Shown here piece by piece: positions 1-7,048 of a DNA stretch of 24,000 bases (its first letter is position 1; each line of letters opens with the position of its first letter). Made by a program: the position numbers and the translations under genes. The notes under the pieces are model-generated. The model saw only the letters and a program-made list of their open reading frames with translations, ran no database searches and was not told the DNA's origin. This DNA is from an uncultured archaeon. Lineage in GTDB: Archaea > Thermoplasmatota > Penumbrarchaeia > JASLWR01. The DNA is taken from positions 1-24,000 of the forward strand of contig CAYSHM010000029.1 of assembly GCA_964430885.1 (NCBI GenBank). The letters are read 5' to 3'.

Positions 1-188
1 GGCGGGGAGGGATGAGCAGGGGTTTGATATTGGATTACTCAGGCGGGCTCTATACGTATATATATATTTTCCCCAACATCATTTGAAAGGATTTCTGGAA
101 CAATCAGGATTTTTTTATCCAAATTCAGAAGCAGAGTAAAAAACCGGTAAAAATGAACTCGAATTCAATTCAAAAGCTGTTCCAATTC

Positions 189-198
189 TTTTATATAT
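189..198 (+). promoter_or_regulatory. TATA-box-like element (TTTTATATAT) upstream of a hairpin
   Basis: TTTTATATAT at 189..198 closely matches the archaeal TATA consensus. A start site about 24-27 nt downstream of its centre would fall at about 219-222, which is where a 14-bp stem begins. The region is AT-rich, so a chance match is possible. Confidence 0.3.
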
Positions 199-218
199 GC
201 TCAAGATTATTTCGAATA

Positions 219-293
219 CAGTGAAGGCGGAACTCCCCTATTTTATCAGATGAAACCCACCAATCTATTTCTTTTCCGCCTTTACTGATTTTT
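219..293 (+). ncRNA. candidate small structured RNA, class unknown (14-bp terminal stem, 41-nt loop, oligo-U tail)
   Basis: CAGTGAAGGCGGAA (219..232) pairs with TTCCGCCTTTACTG (274..287). The only non-Watson-Crick position is G223-T283, a G-U wobble on a plus-strand RNA but an A-C mismatch on the minus strand. The stem is followed by A and TTTTT (289..293). No ORF of 30 aa or more covers it. Confidence 0.25.
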
Positions 294-450
294 ATTGGGA
301 ATGGATCTTTGATTGTGTAGTGATATCAAAAAGATGTATTATAGCTGAAGATATTTCAATAAAATCACTATTTTGCATAATCAATGATTGTGTTTCAAAG
401 AAATATTGCCATGGGATAAGTCTAAGTCGCGATAATAACATGATGTTTTA

Positions 451-469
451 GCTCTCGCCGGGATCTGAA
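451..469 (-). repeat. partial direct duplicate of the tRNA-Glu 3-prime end (acceptor 3-prime strand, T-stem 3-prime strand and part of the T-loop)
   Basis: GCTCTCGCCGGGATCTGAA (451..469) versus GCTCCCGCCGGGATTTGAA (533..551, the 3-prime end of tRNA-Glu in plus-strand notation). This is 17 of 19 identical in the same orientation, 82 nt apart. Confidence 0.55.
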
Positions 470-515
470 AATTTCGTCAGAAATTTGCAGGGCAAGGCGA
501 GGGCCTTTTATTTTT
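451..515 (+). terminator. long irregular hairpin followed by a T-tract (terminator-like, or the 3-prime end of a small RNA)
   Basis: The outer stem pairs 451..459 with 496..504 (9 bp, T453-G502 being a wobble only on the plus-strand RNA). There is a 5x5 internal loop. The inner stem pairs 465..474 with 481..490 (10 bp, one A-G mismatch) around a 6-nt loop. TTTTATTTTT follows at 506..515. Confidence 0.3.
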
Positions 516-531
516 GCTCACAAAAATAAAA
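506..531. terminator. perfect AT-rich palindrome, a putative bidirectional terminator just 3-prime of tRNA-Glu
   Basis: TTTTATTTTTG (506..516), CTCA, then CAAAAATAAAA (521..531): an 11-bp perfect inverted repeat that gives T-runs on both strands. It abuts the tRNA-Glu discriminator at 532. Confidence 0.4.
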
Positions 532-606
532 TGCTCCCGCCGGGATTTGAACCCGAGTAACTGGCTCGAGAGGCCAGAATGATTGGCCGGACTACACCAC
601 GGGAGC
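532..606 (-). tRNA. tRNA-Glu (anticodon CUC)
   Basis: The reverse complement folds as a cloverleaf. Acceptor GCTCCCG/CGGGAGC; D-arm GTGTAGTCCGGCCAATCAT, typical of euryarchaeal tRNA-Glu; anticodon stem CTGGC/GCCAG with loop CTCTCGA (CUC); T-arm TCGGG-TTCAAAT-CCCGG; discriminator A. No CCA is encoded. Confidence 0.9.
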
Positions 607-641
607 ATCGTATGAATTCGGAATATGGGAATTGTCCAGGT

Positions 642-657
642 CATTTATATTATTTTT
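642..657 (-). promoter_or_regulatory. possible TATA-like promoter element for tRNA-Glu
   Basis: The minus strand reads AAAAATAATATAAATG about 40 nt upstream of the mature tRNA 5-prime end. This is farther than the usual -26, so it would imply a short leader. The background is AT-rich. Confidence 0.3.
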
Positions 658-696
658 GGGTATTTAACCCCATGTGGCTAATTTGATACTACAGCG

Positions 697-2388
697 CTAT
701 TTCTTCCTGTTCTTCATCTGCTTCTGGATCTTCTTCCATGTATCTCGAAGGCCTACTGTCCTGTTGATCACCAATTTATCCTCGGTGGTGTCAGGATCGA
801 TGCAGAAATATCCCGTTCTCTCGAACTGGAATCCGAACAATGATTCCTTAAATTGTAAAGCAGGGTCAACCTTGCAGCCCTTCAGAACATTCAATGAATC
901 CAGAGAAAGATAATCGAAGAACTCCCCTTTATCCTGGGATAAGGGATCCTCAACAGTGAACAATCGGTCGTAAAGCCTTATCTCTGCGTCAACACCGTAT
1001 TTTGCCGATACCCAGTGAAGTGTTCCACGGACCCTCCTTCCGTCGGGGGCATTTCCGCCTTTGGTCTCAGGGTCCACTGTGCAACGGAGCTCGACAACCT
1101 TATCACCTTCCTTGATAACATCCGTACAGGTTATCAGATAGGCGTTCCGTAGCCTTACCTCTCGGCCCTTGGTCAAACGGAAGAACTTCTTTGGAGGATC
1201 CTCCATGAAATCGCTCTGCTCAATATATATCTCCTTGGTGAACTTGACCGTTCTAGTACCCAGTTCAGGTTCCTCGGGATTGATTATGACATCCATATCC
1301 TCTTCCTTGTCCTCGGGGTAATTCTCCATAACTACCTTCAGAGGGTCAAGAACGCCCATGAATCTGGGGGCAGTTCGGTTCAGATGGTCTCTGACACAGG
1401 ATTCAAGAAGCTCTATTGCTATTGTGCTGTTCACCTTAGCGATGCCCACCCTGGCGCACAGGTCCCGAATGGACTCTGGGGAATAACCCCTGCGTCTTAA
1501 TCCGCTCAAGGTCGGCAGACGCGGGTCGTCCCAACCGTTAACATATCCCCTTTCCACAAGGTCCAGGAGTTTCCTCTTGCTCATAACAGTATATGTCAGG
1601 TTTAGCCTAGCAAACTCGGTCTGCTGAGGTCTATAAACCCCCAGCTCGATCAGGAACCAGTCATAAAGCGGCCGATGATTCTCGAATTCAAGGGTACATA
1701 GTGAATGGGTGATTCGTTCAATGGAATCCTCCAGACCGTGGGCCCAATCGTATGAAGGATAAATGCACCATTTATCCCCCGTATGGTGATGGGTTTTATG
1801 AAGTATCCTGTACATGATAGGGTCGCGCATGTTGAGATTGGGGTGGGACATATCTATTTTGGCTCTTAGAACCTTATCCCCGTCCTGAAACTCGCCTTCG
1901 CCCATCCTTCTGAAAAGGTCCAGGTTTTCTTCCACACTTCTATTGTGATAAGGACTGTTTACACCCGGCTGGATGAATGACCCCCTTTGTTTGCTTATCT
2001 CTTCGGCACTTTGATCGTCAACATAAGCTTTGCCTTTTTTGATTAGGTCCTCGGCATAATCATACATTTCCTGAAAATAATCTGAAGCGAAATATATTCT
2101 ATCCTCCCAGTCAAAACCCAGCCATTTTATATCCTCCTTTATTGATTCAACATACTCCTCATCCTCCTTGGAGGGATTGGTATCGTCAAAACGAAGGTTG
2201 CAAAGACCATCATACTCCTGGGCTATTCCGAAATTGAGGCATATTGATTTTGCATGCCCAATATGGAGATAACCATTTGGCTCAGGAGGAAAACGTGTAT
2301 GGACCCTGCCGTTATGTTTCCCTATTTCATTATCATGATCGATCATTTCTCTTATGAAATCCTTACCCTTTACCGCTTCGTCAGTCAT
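697..2388 (-). CDS. glnS: glutaminyl-tRNA synthetase (GlnRS), bacterial-type length with no N-terminal extension
   Basis: 563 aa. HIGH motif (PNGYLHIGHAKS) and KMSKS variant (VMSKR). It aligns by eye end to end with E. coli GlnS blocks: TRFPPEPNGYLHIGHAKSICLNFGIAQ, CNLRFDDTNP, LRAKIDM, WCIYPSYD, THSLCTLEF, GWDDPRLPTLSGLRRRGY, VRLRNAY, FQFERTGYFC. GGTGA lies 8 nt upstream of the ATG. Confidence 0.95.
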   Translation of the reverse strand: MTDEAVKGKDFIREMIDHDNEIGKHNGRVHTRFPPEPNGYLHIGHAKSICLNFGIAQEYDGLCNLRFDDTNPSKEDEEYVESIKEDIKWLGFDWEDRIYFASDYFQEMYDYAEDLIKKGKAYVDDQSAEEISKQRGSFIQPGVNSPYHNRSVEENLDLFRRMGEGEFQDGDKVLRAKIDMSHPNLNMRDPIMYRILHKTHHHTGDKWCIYPSYDWAHGLEDSIERITHSLCTLEFENHRPLYDWFLIELGVYRPQQTEFARLNLTYTVMSKRKLLDLVERGYVNGWDDPRLPTLSGLRRRGYSPESIRDLCARVGIAKVNSTIAIELLESCVRDHLNRTAPRFMGVLDPLKVVMENYPEDKEEDMDVIINPEEPELGTRTVKFTKEIYIEQSDFMEDPPKKFFRLTKGREVRLRNAYLITCTDVIKEGDKVVELRCTVDPETKGGNAPDGRRVRGTLHWVSAKYGVDAEIRLYDRLFTVEDPLSQDKGEFFDYLSLDSLNVLKGCKVDPALQFKESLFGFQFERTGYFCIDPDTTEDKLVINRTVGLRDTWKKIQKQMKNRKK

Positions 2389-2631
2389 AATGCTTTCACC
2401 CTAAAATTGTGGTAATGAACTAATGATTATATATATTCAAGGATTGATTTTTTTTCAAATCCATATTGAAATCGGTATTAGAAATATTATATTCTCGTTC
2501 TGTGATTTGAATTTTAATATTCAAAAGGAACAAATAAAATACTTCCTGATGATATTGATTATCGTTCATAAGGGTGCAAATATTCAGGCAATTTTTATAT
2601 TCCTGAAAACCTGTAGGAAAATCCCGGAAGC

Positions 2632-3156
2632 GTGATCCAATTGAGAAAAAACTACAGATACAGAATTTGGAAGAGATCAGGCAATCGGCCAATGGTTATG
2701 ATCTATTTCATTATACTTCTAATGACCCTTCTGTCTTTTTTTTTCTTGGGCCATCCAATGCTGAAGATAGCCGTTCCTTTAATGGGATTGATCCTAATAA
2801 TAATTCCCTTTGCTCCATATATCTATACCGATATCAAGGATAAATGGAATTGGCAGTATTTGGATGTTGGATCAAGTCCTGAAAATATCAAGCGGGATAT
2901 GGAGATATTCCTCAATGAGATGAAACTGAAATTTAAGAAGCAATCCTATTACAGAAGTCATTCCCCGTTCCATAGGTTAAAAGGTTTGGACTACGATATC
3001 ACGAAATTCGATATCAATCTGAGGATCTTGGAAAATGAAACCAATATCTATATCGGCCCAGTGGACCGACTTAATCTCTTGTATGCAAGGGATCTGAAAA
3101 AAGAGATAACCCGTTTCATGGAGGAAATTTGGCTATTGGATAATGAAGAGGAGTAA
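2632..3156 (+). CDS. hypothetical membrane protein (basic N-tail, two predicted TM helices, acidic C-terminus)
   Basis: 174-aa ORF with a GTG start at 2632; an alternative ATG lies at 2692. TM-like segments are MVMIYFIILLMTLLSFFFLG and IAVPLMGLILIIIPFAPYI. A TATA-like ATTTTTATATTCC sits at 2591..2603. I recognise no family motif. Confidence 0.5.
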   Translation: MIQLRKNYRYRIWKRSGNRPMVMIYFIILLMTLLSFFFLGHPMLKIAVPLMGLILIIIPFAPYIYTDIKDKWNWQYLDVGSSPENIKRDMEIFLNEMKLKFKKQSYYRSHSPFHRLKGLDYDITKFDINLRILENETNIYIGPVDRLNLLYARDLKKEITRFMEEIWLLDNEEE

Positions 3157-3203
3157 ACCTGGAGATATTTAAAGAAGAAATGTTCAAGTATAGAGAGAAG
3201 AAG

Positions 3204-3275
3204 TAGCCCCGACCAGATTCGAACTGGTGGCGAGAGATCCAGAGTCTCTCATGTTAACCTCTACACCACGGGGCT
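3204..3275 (-). tRNA. tRNA-Gln (anticodon CUG)
   Basis: The reverse complement is AGCCCCG-TG-GTGT-AGAGGTTA-ACAT-G-AGAGA-CTCTGGA-TCTCT-CGCC-ACCAG-TTCGAAT-CTGGT-CGGGGCT-A. It is 72 nt with an A1-U72 first pair and discriminator A. No CCA is encoded. Confidence 0.9.
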
Positions 3276-3544
3276 CTAAGAAATACAATTGGGCATCAAA
3301 TATCCTCAAATATATTTAATATTTTTGTGCTGGTTCATTACAAAGCTTCAATAAAAGAATCCAGTTCAGCATCATTTCAAGCGAATATTTCAACTAAGCA
3401 GGATTGAAATTCTTCAATATCTCCTCAACTCACCAAAAAAAGTATATCTATACAGCATTATTTACATATCGATTTGTTCAGATATAACCTATCATTATCT
3501 GGATCATAAATATTGTAAGTTACGAAATATATGGAGCTGGAAAA

Positions 3545-4180
3545 ATGGTGGAAAGAGTACTGGTCATAGCCCCTCATCCTGACGACGGAGAACTCGGCTG
3601 CGGAGCAACTCTGGTTAAGTTCATTGAGCAGGGAAAGGAGGTTTTCTATATAGCACTTTCCAGGTGTGAGAATGCCATACCCGATGGATTTCCCAAGGAT
3701 ACACTCGTCAAGGAATGTTATGAAGCAACTAGTATTTTGGGTATTCCTAAAGAGAATGTGGAGATCTGCAACTACCCCAATAAGCTTTTCCCCAGCCAAA
3801 GACATGAGATATTCGAGAGAATGGAAAGGGCTGGAAGAGAGGTCGAACCGGACATTGTTTTCGTACCTTCCAGGCAGGACAATCACCAGGACCATAATCT
3901 AGTGGCTACTGAAGCGGTCAGGGCTTTTAGGAGAAAAAACACACTAGTGGCATATGAGGAGCCTTGGAATATCATCAATATCACCACGACTGGTTTTTCA
4001 CCCATTGAGAAGAGACATCTTGACCTGAAGATCAAGGCCTTGGACTGTTATGCCACCCAGTCCTTCCAAAAACGGGGTTATTTCGATGAAGGATATATAG
4101 AATCCCTGGCTAAAACAAGAGGTGTGCAGATAAACAGCAAGTACGCCGAGGCTTTCGAGATAGTAAGATGGATACTATGA
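3545..4180 (+). CDS. PIG-L/LmbE family N-acetylglucosaminyl deacetylase
   Basis: The N-terminal VLVIAPHPDDGELGCGATL (PHPDDxE) and NHQDH (HxDH) Zn-site motifs are characteristic of the PIG-L family. GGAG lies about 9 nt upstream of the ATG. The substrate cannot be inferred. Confidence 0.85.
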   Translation: MVERVLVIAPHPDDGELGCGATLVKFIEQGKEVFYIALSRCENAIPDGFPKDTLVKECYEATSILGIPKENVEICNYPNKLFPSQRHEIFERMERAGREVEPDIVFVPSRQDNHQDHNLVATEAVRAFRRKNTLVAYEEPWNIINITTTGFSPIEKRHLDLKIKALDCYATQSFQKRGYFDEGYIESLAKTRGVQINSKYAEAFEIVRWIL

Positions 4181-4205
4181 GATATAAATAGAAAATTTCT
4201 CGCGG

Positions 4206-5111
4206 TTATTTGTTATTCTTTTTTTCTTCAGCACCGCCCTTATGGGCTTTAACGGTTATGGCCAAATGATGCAGATGGGGGATCTTCTTCTTTGCCAATC
4301 GTTCCATTCTTATTTTCAATCTATCAACCTGGCCTATGGTCATTTTTTCTGGAACCTCGATATGAAGTTCACCTTGATAATAAGGACCGGACTGCCTGAG
4401 CTTCACCATGTTTGAAGATTTAATCTGGGGAAAATGGCGCATTATTTTCCTAAGAACCAGACCATGATCTACACAGCTTTTATTGCATGCATCCACAAGC
4501 ATAAGTGACGATTCTTTAATAGCCGCAAAAGCAATGCTCAGGACTACTAGTGCGATGATGAAGCCTGCTATAGCATCGGCAAGCTCATATCCGAATTTGG
4601 TTAGTGCAAGAGCAATAACAGCGGTAACAGAAGCTGCTCCATCCTTTATGGTATTAAATGCCTCCAATTTTGCTGATCCAAGACTGGTCTTTCGAGCAAC
4701 AATGAATTTAATAATTCCAATTATGATCGCACCCAATGCTGCCACTGATGCCAAGATCATACCCAGAATTGGGGACTCCACAGGGTGCGGATCTATCAGC
4801 TGCTGATAAGACCTCCATGAAATATAGGAAGCAAGCATAACCATCATAACTGCTGCCACTATGGATGCTAGGTTCTCTAATTTGAAATAACCGAAATGAA
4901 ATTTGTGATCAGCTGGCCTTTGAAACAGCTTCAGGCCGATAAATACAATACCAGACACCATACCATCACCGATACAGTCAATGCCATTTGCTGTGAGGGC
5001 AACGCTTTTGGAGATCATCTCACTTACAACAACCTGAACGGCTCCAATAATAATCAAGAAAACGGCGGTGAATCCCGCCATAGCTGCTGTACTTCTAAAA
5101 AAAGGGGTCAT
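4206..5111 (-). CDS. cation diffusion facilitator (CDF) family metal efflux transporter
   Basis: 301 aa with six hydrophobic segments and a C-terminal cytoplasmic domain. The CDF signature in TM2 is SVALTANGIDCIGDGMVSG (DxxxD). TM5 has NTIKD (NxxxD, not the Zn-type HxxxD). The ADAIAGFIIAL motif is present. Confidence 0.85.
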   Translation of the reverse strand: MTPFFRSTAAMAGFTAVFLIIIGAVQVVVSEMISKSVALTANGIDCIGDGMVSGIVFIGLKLFQRPADHKFHFGYFKLENLASIVAAVMMVMLASYISWRSYQQLIDPHPVESPILGMILASVAALGAIIIGIIKFIVARKTSLGSAKLEAFNTIKDGAASVTAVIALALTKFGYELADAIAGFIIALVVLSIAFAAIKESSLMLVDACNKSCVDHGLVLRKIMRHFPQIKSSNMVKLRQSGPYYQGELHIEVPEKMTIGQVDRLKIRMERLAKKKIPHLHHLAITVKAHKGGAEEKKNNK

Positions 5112-5244
5112 ATCAATATCCCTAGAAAGAGGGATTTCAATTATAACAATTATTCTTATTTTTGGATCAATAAGATTTATTGAAGTTTTCGAAATAGAGT
5201 ATCCAATAAGTTCAAGTTGCTTAGGAAATTACTTCAGTATTATT

Positions 5245-5258
5245 AAAAAAAAGAAAAA
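5245..5258 (-). terminator. oligo-T terminator after sfsA
   Basis: The minus strand reads TTTTTCTTTTTTTT starting 7 nt after the sfsA stop codon (5266..5268). Confidence 0.45.
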
Positions 5259-5265
5259 TCAGGAT

Positions 5266-5976
5266 TCAACATACTGGTATCAAACCCTTGTAGAATATTG
5301 CACCTTCATCAAAACCCATCAGGACCGGATACACCTCTACACCAGAATCAACGGCCTTTCTGAAAACCTTGGCGAAATCGGGGTCAGTGTCCTCCTTAGG
5401 TGCGAAGCAGATCGCATCATCCCGGAATACAAGTATTATCAGAGCCGCTCTGTGGCCTTCCCCTTTTGCCTTTATAAGCTCCTCCACATGCCGCTTGCCC
5501 CTGGTTGTAGGTGCATCAGGGAATAGAGCTCTTCGGTCAATAGCCAATGTACAACCCTTGACCTCCACCCATATATTCTTGCCCCCTTTTATTACCAAAA
5601 AATCGAGCCTGCTTTTACCATAGGTCTGTTCGGGACTACATTTTTCAATTTCCCCGAAAGGACTGATGGTGGCATCGTTCAGGATGGTTTGAGCTATATC
5701 CCGGTGGAATCCGGAATTGACAAGCACCCATTTATCCTCCACCTTTCCAGCAATAAGATCCCATCGGGTCTTTCGATTAGAGTTCTTAGCCTTTCTAATA
5801 AGCACCTGATTCCCTGGACATAGTATCTCCTTAAGACGACCTGGATCCCTGACATGCACCTTTTCTACCTTGTTTGTACCCTCGTCTTCAATATTCACCA
5901 ATCCGAGGAACCTGTTAGGTCGTTCTACAAATACCGCCCGAGCGTCATAATGTATCTCTAACAATTTCCTCTTCAT
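5266..5976 (-). CDS. sfsA: SfsA (sugar fermentation stimulation protein homolog; nuclease-fold DNA-binding protein)
   Basis: 236 aa. The N-terminal FVERPNRFLGLV (RPNRF signature), central WVEVKGCTL and C-terminal DAPTTRGKRHVEEL blocks are typical of the SfsA family. The gene starts only 40 nt downstream of the thioredoxin-like gene on the same strand. Confidence 0.9.
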   Translation of the reverse strand: MKRKLLEIHYDARAVFVERPNRFLGLVNIEDEGTNKVEKVHVRDPGRLKEILCPGNQVLIRKAKNSNRKTRWDLIAGKVEDKWVLVNSGFHRDIAQTILNDATISPFGEIEKCSPEQTYGKSRLDFLVIKGGKNIWVEVKGCTLAIDRRALFPDAPTTRGKRHVEELIKAKGEGHRAALIILVFRDDAICFAPKEDTDPDFAKVFRKAVDSGVEVYPVLMGFDEGAIFYKGLIPVC

Positions 5977-6016
5977 GCTATTACCCTATTGGTTTGATAT
6001 AAGTTATGTAGATAAC

Positions 6017-6637
6017 TCACCTTCTTCTGGATCGTCGTTCCATTACATAATTGATCACAAGAACTGCTACGAATATCCCAATGAGACCGAATAGTATCCA
6101 TGAGTTGGATTCAAGAGGACATGTCGGTGCGGAAGAAACGGGTGTGTCAGTTGTCATTGCGGTCATGAAATCTCCTGGACCCACATACCCCTTTATCCTG
6201 TTGTATTCCTCCCCGGAGGTATTGATGAAAACAACTGTTGGATATCCTTCCACATCGAACTTTTTAACCAGAGAAGGACTGTCATCACCGTCTATCTTCA
6301 CCGAAAAGAAGTCAACAGCTGTGCTTATTATATCTGGGTTCTTGAAGGTTTCTGCTTCAAGATCTGCACAGAATCCACACCAATCAGCATGAAAATAGAG
6401 TATAATTGGCATATATGGTAGATCAACACCGCCAGGTATATCCTCATATGAATTCCAGATTATATTTTCCGGTGCGGTCTGGTTGAATGAATCCCCAGTA
6501 TTGTTAGTGGTGTTACCATCACTGGCGGCTTCCGACATCTGGGAAATTGGCCCCATACCAAGAAGCATTATGGAAATTAAGACCAAAAATATTGGAAAAA
6601 ATGTTTTCAATGATCTTCCTCTATCAGCATATACCAT
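6017..6637 (-). CDS. membrane-anchored exported thioredoxin-fold protein (DsbD-gamma/Thioredoxin_7-like, WCGFC active site)
   Basis: It has an N-terminal signal or anchor (FFPIFLVLISIMLLGMG) and a linker with N-x-S/T sequons. The Trx fold carries YFHADWCGFCADLEAETF and a cis-Pro at EGYPTVVF. A C-terminal TM ends in RRSRRR. I prefer the ATG at 6637, which lies 1 nt after the upstream TGA (TGAtATG). The longer ORF starting at 6682 would overlap the upstream gene by 44 nt. Confidence 0.75.
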   Translation of the reverse strand: MVYADRGRSLKTFFPIFLVLISIMLLGMGPISQMSEAASDGNTTNNTGDSFNQTAPENIIWNSYEDIPGGVDLPYMPIILYFHADWCGFCADLEAETFKNPDIISTAVDFFSVKIDGDDSPSLVKKFDVEGYPTVVFINTSGEEYNRIKGYVGPGDFMTAMTTDTPVSSAPTCPLESNSWILFGLIGIFVAVLVINYVMERRSRRR

Positions 6638-6638
6638 A

Positions 6639-6887
6639 TCAGCATTCCCCCTGGTCTCTTGATAGATTATTTTCCTCATCATTCCCTATCTTCTCGACCC
6701 CGCAGGATGAAGCACATCTGCTTCCACGGTCGGTATAACGGGACAGAATGAAGGGTACAACATAAGCACTCACAATGAGAAGTAAACCCAAATAATAAAT
6801 GTATTTTATATAGAGTCCCACGATTATAAGCACTATACCTGAAATGAAAAAGATCATTCCCCATCTTGTACATAACGGACATCCCAT
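6639..6887 (-). CDS. Cys-rich two-TM miniprotein (82 aa), family unknown
   Basis: A strong RBS, GAGGTGAT, lies 3 nt upstream of the ATG at 6887. The sequence is MGCPLC, two TM helices joined by a KY turn, then a basic/acidic tail with CASSC and a terminal Cys. Its stop codon abuts the start of the thioredoxin-like gene. Confidence 0.6.
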   Translation of the reverse strand: MGCPLCTRWGMIFFISGIVLIIVGLYIKYIYYLGLLLIVSAYVVPFILSRYTDRGSRCASSCGVEKIGNDEENNLSRDQGEC

Positions 6888-7008
6888 GTTATCACCTCAT
6901 TTATCTCATTCCCATAGCAAGTCAAAATTCCCGGCGTTCATTCTATGCTTTTAATAATTCAAAATAAAACAAGAATATTATGGGCCTCAATTTAATAATT
7001 ATTTGGAT

Positions 7009-7036
7009 GGACCGGAAAGCCCTATCACTCCGGTCC
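7009..7036 (-). terminator. GC-rich hairpin downstream of trx
   Basis: GGACCGGA (7009..7016) and TCCGGTCC (7029..7036) form a perfect 8-bp stem with a 12-nt loop, 13 nt after the trx stop. No strong T-run follows. Confidence 0.35.
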
Positions 7037-7048
7037 ACTCTGATTAAA

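Noticed and set aside
1-150. The G-rich segment at the left edge (GGCGGGGAGGGATGAGCAGGGG...GGCGGGCTC) followed by TATATATATATTTT could be the 3-prime end of an RNA gene or of a CDS (frame 1 ends GGEG-TGA at 13..15).
   Set aside because: Too little sequence lies inside the window. I recognise no tRNA, rRNA, SRP or RNase P motif, and a 4-codon ORF end cannot be supported.
440-500. A possible C/D-box sRNA: ATGATGT at 440..446 as the C box and CTGA at 465..468 as the D-prime box.
   Set aside because: The C-to-D-prime spacing is 18 nt rather than about 12. There is no C-prime box, no terminal D box in the right place, and the C box is imperfect. A hairpin-plus-T-tract or tRNA-fragment reading fits better.
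674-913. A 79-aa plus-strand ORF overlapping the 3-prime end of glnS.
   Set aside because: It is entirely antisense to a very confidently called glnS, has a low-complexity hydrophobic translation, and has no RBS.
2420-2692. Two ORFs of 70-90 aa (2420..2692 minus, 2423..2635 plus) in the glnS upstream region.
   Set aside because: They lie in an AT-rich intergenic or promoter region. The translations are Ile/Phe/Asn/Lys-rich, as expected from AT bias, the two overlap each other antisense, and there are no RBS or family motifs.
3545-4180. The PIG-L deacetylase as part of a low-molecular-weight-thiol pathway (BshB/MshB-like), given the nearby thiol-redox genes and a GT4 in the window.
   Set aside because: The GT4 is 15 kb away and looks like a glycogen synthase. 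No BshC/MshC-type gene is present, and PIG-L enzymes have many unrelated substrates. The proximity is not informative.
5118-5135. The inverted repeat ATCCCT-AGAAAG-AGGGAT 7 nt upstream of the CDF start codon, as a metalloregulator operator or translational hairpin.
   Set aside because: The arms are only 6 bp, no cognate regulator gene is adjacent, and a match of this size is expected by chance. It is worth a look only if it is conserved in orthologous loci.
6638-6682. A longer start (ATG at 6682) for the exported thioredoxin-like gene, overlapping the miniprotein gene by 44 nt.
   Set aside because: The TGAtATG junction at 6637, with GGGGGA upstream, gives a typical coupled start. The extra 15 residues (MMRKIIYQETRGNAD) add nothing to the signal or anchor. 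This is kept as an alternative, not excluded.
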